The translations under genes were made by a program, and so were the position numbers. From NCBI GenBank assembly GCA_013239625.1, contig MU056905.1:2129967-2193966 (forward strand): 64,000 nt of DNA, given 5' to 3'. Below are positions 1 to 9,927 of this stretch, piece by piece; within the stretch, counting starts at the first letter, position 1; each line of letters opens with the position of its first letter. The notes under the pieces were generated by a model, which saw only the letters and a list, made by a program, of their open reading frames with translations, was not told the origin of the DNA and did no database searches. Source of the stretch: Lama guanicoe (taxonomy: Eukaryota).

Positions 1-11
1 AAGAGTAGATT

Positions 12-60
12 CACACACACGCACACACGCGCGCGCACACACACACACGCACGCACGCAC
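12..60. repeat. Compound (CA)n/(CG)n/(CGCA)n microsatellite
   Basis: cacacacacgcacacacgcgcgcgcacacacac... Confidence 0.9.
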
Positions 61-199
61 CCATAGACACAAACGGTGCCCTCCAAAGTGCAGAAATATC
101 TTTAGTTAGGTGGCTGGGGATTTGCCCTGAGATTTATTTTGATAGACAAACATGTCTTATTTAGTCATATTTTAAATATGTAACTATAATATAAAGATA

Positions 200-545
200 T
201 AAAGAATGAAATCTTGGCGATTGTGACATGGGTGGGCCTCTAGGGCATCAGGCTAAGTGAAACCAGTCAGACAGAGAAATACAAGTGCTGTATACTCTCT
301 CTTATACATGGAATCTAAAATAACAAATACATTTTCAAAAATTTAAAAACTAAGCTCATAGATACAGGGATCAGACTGGTGGTTGCCCGAGGTGTTGGGT
401 GTGGGAGGTGTGAGAAATAGGTGAACAAAAATACAACCCTATTGCTGTTAGGATGGATAACATCAGAATAATTGAGGATACCAAGGCATGGAGCAACTGG
501 GACACTAACACACTGCTGGTGGAAATGCAAAATGGTGTGTCCTCT
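200..545 (+). mobile_element. LINE-1 3' fragments
   Basis: GAATGAAATCTTG...GCTAAGTGAAACCAGTCAGACAGAGAAA...GGAATCTAAAA...GGTGGTTGCC and CACACTGCTGGTGGAAATGCAAAATGG are typical L1 ORF2-end and 3' UTR sequence. Confidence 0.8.
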
Positions 546-719
546 TTGCAATATGTATATGTGTGAATGTGTGTGTATGTGCGTGTGTGTGTGTAACAAT
601 ATTCAATCTTATATGCTTTCAATGACATCTACTTCTGGAAAAGCTTAAATACATTAAATAAACTTATTACCCTTCCAGATTTAAGTACCAGATAGGAAAA
701 TAGAGGAGAGAGTAACATA

Positions 720-1275
720 TGGAATGACACGAGAGGATGCAATCACAAAACCCAAAGAGTGAAAAACTCTACAGGACAATTAACCTAGTTTATTTAACAA
801 ATAAATTGCCAAAAAAAAAAGATGAAGGGCTAAATGATGTAAAGGATATATTATTTAAAGGACACAGCACCTGAATAAACATGTATGGACTTTATTTGTA
901 TTCTGAATTGAACAAATTATAAACATAACTAAGAATACAGGGAAATTTGGATGTTCACTAAACTTCGTGATGTTAAAGAATTATTGTTAAGTTTTTTAGA
1001 TATAAAAATAGCATTTTTGTCATTTTCTAAAGAGTCTACCATTTAGACATAAATACTGAATTATTTACTAATGAAGTCATGTGATCTTTCCTCTGGAATT
1101 TCCTTTCAAGTAATTTTAGGTGGATGAAGAAAGTAGGTGGAGTTATGGATGAAATAAAGCCGATCCTGAGACAGTAATTGCAAAATCTGGGTGGCTGGCA
1201 TTCATCATAATAGACTAATAAGAGTCTGTTATGTTGTTCTTACACTGTTATATCTGTTCAAAAATTTACATAGCC
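720..1275 (+). mobile_element. Old L1M (L1MC-like) 3' UTR fragment
   Basis: AT-rich tract with AAAACTCTACAGGACAA...AACAAATAAATTGC and ATACTGAATTATTTACTAATGAA, resembling L1MC 3' ends. Confidence 0.55.
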
Positions 1276-1639
1276 AGAAAACAAGTCAAATTTAACGTTT
1301 GTCATCATTGGGAAAATGGTGATCTTCCATTTAGGGCATAAGCAATAGATCGCTCTTAGATATACAAGATCTCAGCTGTTACAAAAGATCAGATTGGAGT
1401 TATGGATGAAGTAAAGCTGGCCTTCAGATACTAGTTGTGAAATCTGGGTGATGGGCATGTACATTCTGACACATAAGTAACATATATTGAACCTGCGTTT
1501 GGGACAGAGTCTAACTCCTAGCCTCAGTGATTTGAGAATTGTCTTATTGTATTGAATCAATCAAAAATCAAAAGCAGGAGAATTTTCCCCTGGCTAAAGG
1601 AAGACAAAAATGCATTCTTCATATTTTATATCTTTTCTA

Positions 1640-1829
1640 ATAAGCTGGGTATGATTTCACAGTTTCCAAAGCCCAGCTCTTCCTACCCTGCAAGCTCACC
1701 TTCCAGGACTGAGCCCAGAATATTTCTCCCTACACAATGGCTACTGAAAGCCCATCTCATATTTTAACTCCTCTCAGCTCTGCCCTCCAGCCTCTCACAT
1801 CTTCCTCAGCCTTCTCATATTCAGGAACC
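1640..1829 (+). promoter_or_regulatory. Decayed KRT6-type proximal promoter; TATA position reads TACACAA (1731-1737)
   Basis: CCTGCAAGCTCACCTTCCAGGACT resembles the K6 promoter as I recall it; TACACAA lies about 100 bp upstream of the ATG, the same spacing as the TATA-like boxes of the three other genes here. Confidence 0.55.
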
Positions 1830-4800
1830 ATGTCTTGCAGATCCACCGTGAGGAGCCAAAGCACCAGCCGCCGGGGCTTCAGTGCCGGCTCAGCCCGAGT
1901 CCCTGGGGTCTGCCGCTCTGGCTTCAGCAGCGTGTCGGTGTCCCGCTCCAGGGGCGGTGGTGGCCTGGCTGGAGTGTGTGGAGGAGCTGGCTTTGGCAGC
2001 CACAGCCTCTATAGCCTGGGGGGCACCAAGAGGATCTCCATCGTAGGGGCAGCTCTGCCATCGGTGGTGGATACGGCAGCAGATTTGGAGGTGGCTGTGG
2101 CTTTGGCTTTGGAGGTGGAGCTGGGAGTGGATATGGTTTTGGTGGTGCAGCTGGGCTCGGTGGTGGAGCTGGCTTTGCTGGTGGCTATGCGGGTGCTGGA
2201 GGCATCCAAGAGGTCACCATCAACCAGAGTCTTCTCACTCCTCTGAACCTGGAAATCGACCCCACCATCCAGAGAGTGAGAACTGAGGAGCGGGAGCAGA
2301 TCAAGACCCTCCTTCATCGACAAGGTGAGCCAGGAGCACCTGCCCTCCACCGGGATTTCAAACTCCCCAAACTAGGGAACCAAGAAATGCCCTATCTGGG
2401 GGGGAGATGCGGGAGAGAGGGAGGAGGGGATTCAGGCTAGCTTTCCACTTGGATGCAGGGCTGGCTCCATGTGGACCACAGGCAGAAGGTGATGGAAATC
2501 GTTTAGGACTACTGAGTCCCTTAAATGCCTCTTATTCTTGTCTAAGAAGAACTCTCAACTCTTGATAATCCTGAAGCAAAGAAAAGGAAATGAGAGAGTG
2601 GAATGGGTTAACATTTACTACTGAAGGGTCTACAATGGGATACAAAGGCCAGTCACAATCTGCTCTGAGGAACTGGCCTACCTTTCCAGGAACAAGAAAA
2701 AAAGAAAGAAAGAGAGGAAGGAAGGAGAGAGAAGAAAAGAAAAAGAAAACCATTTTTCATCCTTACAAGAAAAAGAAACACTTGAGATGTACAAATATCT
2801 AAAATCTGTTTTAAAAAAGAATTTATTCTAGAAACAGAGTATGACCATCTATCAAAAATGTTTTAGAAGAAGTACATGCTTAGAAGCAGTACATGTGCTA
2901 AATGGGAGTTCAGATTAGAATCTAATCATTATGTAACATTTGACATCCCTTTTACTGAAATCTTCTGGGGAAAAAAAAGCTCTATACAATATATCAGATA
3001 AAAACTATTTTAAATTACATTTTTGATTCTGCTTGTCAAGAGAAAGAGAGGAAGTAATGAAAAATCCCTGATAAGCACAATAACTTATAGGGCAGGAACA
3101 GCTCAAAGGTCCGTGGGGGAATTTCATCAGTGAGATCTGCTGGTGGAGAAGGAAAAAGATCATGGGAACACACCCCCCAGTCTAAGTCTCTATATATTCT
3201 CTTAGTAGCCCAGCACCATGGACACCACCCCAGCCTGCTGGGAAACCTAGTAATACAGACACCTTTCTTTCTGTGTCTGGCAAGACACCAAGTGGATCCT
3301 GCTGCAGGAGCGGGATCCGAGCCCATGAGGCTGACCCTGGAGCCCACAGTTAAGCAGTACATTAACAACCTCAAGAGGTAGAAGGAATCTCTTCTCTTCT
3401 TTAGTGGCCACCTGGACTCAAAGCTCAGGCACACACAAAGTCTGGTGGAGAATTTCAAGGACAAGTGAGTTACAGGAGAAAAATTAACTCAGTTTTCTGA
3501 AGCCCACACTTCAAGTCTATTGAGTGACTAGGTCCGGTTGTGGGCATGATTGCTTAGGAAAAAATTTCCAGTGGACATTAAAATTATAAATTGTTGTCTA
3601 AGAAAAACTGGAATGACAAATATGGGCAATGGATTTCATTATCAAGTACACCCTAGGGGAGAGGATGAGAGAGCAGTCACATCCCAGGCTCCTTGGACTG
3701 ATAGTTTGATTCAAGAGTTATCCATTAATAAAAAATTATGGGTCAAGAAAAACTCTTTCAAAATCCTTTACTCACTGGCTCAAGCACCTCTCCTCATCCT
3801 TTCCTTCTAGATATGAAGGAGAAATCAATATGCCTGCAGTGCACAGAATGCATCTGTAACCCTGCAGAAGGTGACCTGATCAATGTTTGGTGTCCCAGTC
3901 CCTTTGTTGAAGGCTGGAAGAGCCCACACCTGGGAGGAGAAGATACTGGGTGAGCTGGGAGTGGGGGTCAGCTGACTCCAAGTTGTTCCTCCTTTCCCAA
4001 GATGTGGATGCTGCATAGATGAGATTGAACTGTCCACCAAGATAAATACCCTTGGGGATCAGATAGATTCCTGCTTTGAGATGGTGAGCACTTTACCCTG
4101 TTTGATCATTGATTTGTTTATGTTTCTGTTTAAGAGTCTGAGTGGATAGAATATTGGGGAGTTGGATCTCATAGATGTATCACTGGAAGCAGACATACTA
4201 ACAATCCATATCTTGTAGGAGTGCTCTCAGATGCAGTCCCATAGCTCAGACATTTCTGTGGTCCTCTCCACGGACAACAATCGTAACCTGGACCTGGACA
4301 GCATCACCTCTGAGGTCAAAGGCCTATACGAGAAGATTGCTCACGTGAGGCAGGCTGAGGCCAGATCCTTACACCAGAGCAAGGTGAGAAGTCACCAGCA
4401 ACAGGGGAGGAATTCTGTGCCCTTCCCAAATGGTTACACTCGCCTGCACCAGTCTACTGCAGCTTTTTGAGGGGAGTCTGAAATACAAAGACAATGGATA
4501 ATTTCATAGGAGATTTGTCATTGCTCAGTTCTTGTAGACAATGAAAGAATTTACAATTAAGCCTATTGAGTAAAAATAAAAAAGGAGTTTAATGGTACTG
4601 CACTACTGAGTTTTGCCTTCAACCTCTTCTTGATTGTGAATCCCATAGATACCATGAAAGAACATCACTAGTTTATTGAAAAACTAGGTGCTCGGTGATG
4701 GTACTGAACCATTCAGTGGTTCTGCAGCAAACAATCTTGTGCCATCTACTTTTTCTAGAGGAGATGTAACATCGTTTGGTATCAGACATCTGGGAATTGG

Positions 4801-5208
4801 AAGGCATTCTGGATATATGGAAGCCCCCACACACTGCCTCTCCCCCCGTGCACAATGCTTCTCTATCCTTCTGGACTACAGTATAAGAGCTGCAGGTCAA
4901 GGTAGACAGACAAAAGGATGACCTGTATGCCACCAAGCAAGAGACTACTGAGCTCAACCACAGGATCTGGAGACCGATCTGAGATAAACCACCGCCACGT
5001 GCAGCCCACCGTCTCTGGCGGCTATGGCGGTGCCAGCCGTGTCGGCAGTGGCTACTCCCACAGCAGCAGCAGTCACAGCCTTGCAGGTGGCTTCAGTTCC
5101 AGCAGTGGCAGAGCCTTAGGAAGTGGCCTCAGCTCCACCGGGGGCAGCAGTTTCACCATTAAGTACACTGCCACCTCCTCCTCCAGCAGGAAGAGCTACA
5201 AGCATTGA
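1830..5208 (+). pseudogene. KRT6: KRT6-like type II keratin unprocessed pseudogene. Exon remnants: e1 1830-2324, e2 ~3284-3464, e3 3811-3870, e4 4001-4083, e5 4219-4383, e6 4882-~4992 fused to e9 ~4999-5208; e7 and e8 absent
   Basis: Head [34 protein letters not shown] and tail [17 protein letters not shown] are K6-type. Lesions seen: 1-nt frameshift near 2043; 17-nt deletion in LNNKFASF near 2311; start of e2 lost and TAG at 3379; e3 is 60 nt instead of 61; e4 acceptor is CAA, has TAG at 4016 and is 83 nt instead of 96; e6 joined directly to e9. The paralog letter cannot be assigned. Confidence 0.93.
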
Positions 5209-5715
5209 AGTCTTCCTGTTGGTGCTTGGTCCAACATTGCCTCAGTCCCCTTGTCCAGCTGCATCACCCTCTCCTCAGGTTGCTGCTTCTCTCTTACCTC
5301 CAGCTTCTCTTGGTCTATGAGTTAGAGCTGAAGTTGCTAAATCCTCACATCCTCTGTCCCTGCCAGCTTCACCGGAGCTTCCATTACTCACCATCCGAAG
5401 ATCAACAATCAGCATCTCAAGATGTGTAGATACCCTTTTGCTTTTCCCATCTTTTTATCAGTTATATCAGTCTGCCACGATTCTGGGAAGAAGATGACTT
5501 TGCCCTTCCTGAAAACTGAAGCTCAGTCTGAATCATGCTAATAGAATAGGGAATCTTCCCTTTAACTTTCACTGTCCGGCCCATTATCACTAGACTCAGG
5601 AGTTCGCCATAGAATGAATAAGTTATCCTCCCCAACAGTATCTCAAAACAGTACTGACACTACCCACTCATGTGCATTTATATCCCTGCTCTCTTTGCTT
5701 TCTTTTGTTGTGTTG

Positions 5716-5721
5716 AATAAA
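5716..5721 (+). terminator. Poly(A) signal of the KRT6-like pseudogene
   Basis: AATAAA about 510 nt after the stop, followed by GT/T-rich sequence. Confidence 0.6.
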
Positions 5722-5849
5722 GCAGATTTCTAATATAAAGATTCTGTGTTAGTTTGTACTGCTGATCACGTGTTGGTTCTGAAATTTTCTCATCCCATAC
5801 ACTGATTCTCATCTTTGGAGACCTCCCTCTCAGCCCCACTGACAGCCTA

Positions 5850-7060
5850 CCTGGCTTCACACCCAACTCTGTCGGTCAACAGCATGCGATACTCAGTTAT
5901 CCTGTGGGTGGATGACGACCAGCAAGCATTCAGCCCTCTGCTACTTGGGGCTATTTCTCAAAATGGAGTCCTTGAAAAAGCATTGGGAAAGAAAGGGAAG
6001 CCAGGGTCCTGGAAGCTGGGTCAGTATGATCTGATAACTGAGGGGTTTTGTTTTTCTACCTCCATAATTTGGCTGCTTGGTCCCCACCCTGATCTCTGAG
6101 ACTCCCTCAGAGATCCCCTCCTCCACAGCCCCGACCCACCACTGGGAAACCACAGCACTGATCCCACAGAACAGAGGCCAGTTGGCAGAAGGAAAAATGC
6201 TTGATTCTGCTCTATGATAATACAGATTTTTGCCACAAAGCTGTTGCTTTGATACATCTGAGATGTATCAGTCCAACCAATCGGTACGGAAAGGAACATC
6301 CCCAGATCCTGGGGGATGGAGTTAAAGCCACGCAGTACTAAATGAGTTGGAATGGATATCCTTTTACCCCAAGATAGTTGGGTACCACTGAGGAACTCCT
6401 CTTGACCAATGCTGGTTAAAATTCATAAAACTGTATTCCTAAAAACAGTGGATTGTACCATCTGTAAATTATATTCCATAATTTTGAAACAAAATGAAGC
6501 TGTCAAAAAAGTCAATGAAATAAATTAATAAAACCTCCAAACATGTTGTTTAGAGATTCTGTTTTGAAGTGCCATTGGCAAAAGATGAGACTGAAAGATA
6601 GTCCATGTTGACAGATGACACTCAGATTAGCATGGAGGTGGTCCTGGGTGAAAATATTCTTTTTTTGTGATGAGATAGCCAAACACCATTTTCAGTGTAA
6701 ATTTTTATACAAATTTTGACAAGCAAAACGGGTGTTAGAGGTTCATTATATTCTTCCCAGATATCAGTGTCAGGGTTATAATTTTGACTTTTAGGCAGAA
6801 ACAGACTCTCTGCATTTTTGGCCATGTTTACCCAAGCTTATTCTAGAATCTGGTTCCTCAGGCTTTCCATATCAGGTCCTTCCCTGATAGCACAAAGCAA
6901 GGAAAAAATCCATAAGACCAAGAACAATCGATTCAGTTATAATATTTTTTGCTAATGTGAAGCTACGGTAGAGTCCCACTGCCCCGGTTACAAATCAAAT
7001 TGCAGTCTAGCAATTTATTCCATGGTTGTCCACAAGTGGGCTACAGCAGGTCACTAGACA
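5850..7060 (-). mobile_element. Degraded endogenous retrovirus internal (env-like) remnant, interrupted by an L1 tail at about 6410-6500
   Basis: Frameshifted minus-strand peptides WEEYNEPLTPVLLVK/NLYKNL/TENG, KICIIIEQNQAFFLLP, IRSY/DPAS and E-YRM-LL occur in the order expected for class I (ERV3-like) env. Recognised by eye only. Confidence 0.45.
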
Positions 7061-7399
7061 GAAGCTTCAGGGATAGAGGAGACCTCTGAGGATTGGTGAC
7101 CTTCCTACCCTGCTATCACACAGCTGTAGGGTTTGACGTCAAAGGCATGATGGAAGCAGAGTTTAGGAACTGCCAGGCTGTACAAAATCCCAAAAGCTGG
7201 TAGGGAAACTGCCCAGTGAGCCAGGCTCAGACTCTGGTTCTCCCTCCCCATGTGAGAAACTCCTTGACAGCAGGTGACTTATAGGCCTCCCTCCCTACCG
7301 TGGAGTGAGGGCCGGATGAGTCCCCAGTTCTGTGGAGGCCAACCACATGCCAGCAGCCTGACAGTCCCAGCAGGCGTTACTGTGTCAGTCGCCTGTGAA

Positions 7400-7810
7400 T
7401 AGGGCCACCTGACAAAACAGAGGATGCCTAGTTAAATTTGTGTTTTTTTTCTCTTTTTTTTAAACATTTTTTATTGATTTATAGTCATTTTACAATGTTG
7501 TGTCAAATTCCAGTGTTCAGCACAATGTATCAGTCATTCATGGACATATACCCACTCATTGTCACATTTTTTTCTCTGTGAGTTATCATAACATTTTGTG
7601 TCTATTTCCCTGTGCTGTACAGTGTAATCTTGTTTATCTATTCTATGCTAGTTAAATTTGAATTTCACATAAAGAGCAAAACCATTTTCGCCTAAGTAAG
7701 TCCCAAATACGGTATGGAGCCCACCTATACAAAAGAAATGTATTGTTTACCTGAATTTAAAATTGAACTGCAAATGTTAGATTCCTATTTGCGAACTAGG
7801 GCAATCCAAC
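7400..7810. mobile_element. MER53-like hAT MITE split by an L1 insertion
   Basis: Near-palindromic ...GGATGCCTAGTTAAATTTGAATTTCACATAAA...TTGTTTACCTGAATTTAAAATTGAACTG... Confidence 0.7.
7441..7647 (-). mobile_element. Young 5'-truncated L1 3' end with a perfect 13-bp TSD (CTAGTTAAATTTG at 7428-7440 and 7648-7660)
   Basis: Poly-T, then TTTATTGATTTATAGTCATTTTACAATGTTGTGTCAAATTCCAGTG; exact flanking direct repeat. Confidence 0.85.
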
Positions 7811-8612
7811 CTATGAACTACAGACATATCTGAGCTAATGGCATTAAATTACAGACGAGGGCACTGCTGACTAGGCTGCTGCTCCGAACTCCTATTGTGA
7901 AGGGGCAGACTACAGGCAAGGACAAACCTAAGATCTTTCCCTCCACGCCACCCCCTCCCTGCTACCTGAGGCACAGCCCCAGGCTACAGCTACTCCTCTG
8001 CGCCCACACAGCCCTGGGCTCCTCTGGGGGTTCTCGCAGTTCCATGTCATCATCGGTGATTCCTAGTATCCATGGCTTCCGTGCGTTTCTACAATTTCTC
8101 AGGCTTGATCCTGGGGGAAGGAGACAGCAATACAGCCAGTTGGCCATTTTGGCCAGAACTTGAGCCATAGACTGTTGATTATGTAGGTGATTTATTAAAG
8201 GATGTTAATGTGAAGAAAAGGGTGACAGCAGATACAAACGTCAAAATGTTAGTGATTGATTCTGAGAAGTGGGAGTTTGGGTAAATGTTATTTTACCTTT
8301 TGTACCTTTTTGCTCCATACAAATATATCCTCATTTGCCCCCATTGAAATACGACTTTAATTGCATACTGAAATTCACACATTTTCTCTTCTGTTCCATT
8401 CAGCTCTTTGTGTGATCACACCACTGTCATTACTAAGGCTTTCCATTCCTTGACGGTTTCTGATACAGCGATTTCTACTTGTCATTTGTTTTCAATGTTT
8501 TCTGGTTATCCTCGTGCATTTAGTTTTGTGGCTGCTGTTGCTATTTGGTTTCCCTAGGTATCTTAATGGTCTTTGCCTTGTGAATTAGAACCCTTTCCTT
8601 CTGTCATATTTT

Positions 8613-8953
8613 TTTTTAAAATGAAGTACAACCAGTTACAATGTGTCAATTTCTGGTGTACAGCACAATGTCCCAGTCATGCATATACACACATATATTT
8701 GTTTTCTTATTCTTTTCCATTAAAGGTTATTACAAGATATTGAACATAGTTCCCTGTACTATATAGAAGAAACTTTTTAAAAATCTATTTTTATATATAG
8801 TGGATAACATTTGTAAATCTCAAACTCCCAAATTTATCCCTTCCCACCCCCTTTTCCCAGTAACCATGAAATTGTTTTACTATGTCTGTGAGTCTGCTTC
8901 TGTTTTATAGGAGTTAACAGTGTCCTTTGTTTCTTTCTTTTTTAAAGATTCTA
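8613..8953 (-). mobile_element. L1 3' end, camelid-type
   Basis: Poly-T then GAAGTACAACCAGTTACAATGTGTCAATTTCTGGTGTACAGC...GGTTATTACAAGATATTGAACATAGTTCCCTG; candidate TSD CATATTTT at 8605 and 8954. Confidence 0.85.
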
Positions 8954-9882
8954 CATATTTTCTAATCACTGAAAGGTAGTGCCTGAGAGTTTCTGATTTA
9001 TGTCGCCAACCACCCTGCTAAACTTTATCCCAGCTATGATTCAGTGACAAGAAAGAGGCAGAGCCAAGATCCAAGGACTGATCTGCCTCCTTTCATAATC
9101 TGCACTCTTCCCAGGTCTAGGGAGGTGCCAGCTCGCCCACGGACTCTTGGCTCCATCATTTCCCTCTCTGACCATATGGAGAGGTGCAGGTGTGGACAAG
9201 GAGGGACTATGACCTGGCATCCCTCAATGCTGCAGCCCTTCCTGGCTTTGCTTGCCATCTGGTGGAGATGCCATTGGGCTGGGGTGCTAAAAGCAGGCAC
9301 AGGAGTGGGTTCCTTACCTCAAATGGGCATCTGCTGGATCATGACATCAGCTGGTGACATACCCAGCACCAAGGGCAAACACCAAGCAGTGCTGCCCTTG
9401 AGCTTGAGAATCCCAGCCCACACTAGGAGGAAGAGGAGTGACTGCCTCTGCCCAACTTGGCACAGCATCCCACTCTCTCCTCCTACAGCCTGGATGCCAC
9501 CCAAGCTTTATTGTGTCTTCCCTTCTCCTGAGAGCCCTTATCAGTCTCTGTAGCCTTATTTTTCCTACTCTGACTTCTCGCTTATTCCTTGGTCATGAGG
9601 GAGTGACGAGTGGGATGTGACCTTCTTTAGCCTGTATGACACTCGTCTCAAAGCATGTTTTCCAAACCTCATTATATGCTCACATACACCCTGTGTCACA
9701 GCAACCCAGCAAAGTCACTCTGCAATGCAGTGTAAAGTCACCTGCGGCATAGCTACCTTCTGGACACTGCAGGTAATTTAAAGGAAGGTAGATGATTTGT
9801 TTAGCACTGATTGAATTCAGCTGAATTATGTGCCTACTCTTGGAAAAAATCTCTCACCTGGCAGAGTCAGAACTACACCCAT

Positions 9883-9884
<2 letters not shown>

Positions 9885-9920
<36 letters not shown>

Positions 9921-9927
9921 ACACACA
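9885..9927. repeat. (CA)n microsatellite
   Basis: About 21 units with one GA interruption. Confidence 0.95.

Noticed and set aside
1737-2246. 169-aa ORF as a functional short keratin or N-terminally extended protein
   Set aside because: It is pseudogene exon 1 read from an upstream ATG; it goes out of frame after KRISI (about 2043) and has no rod domain.
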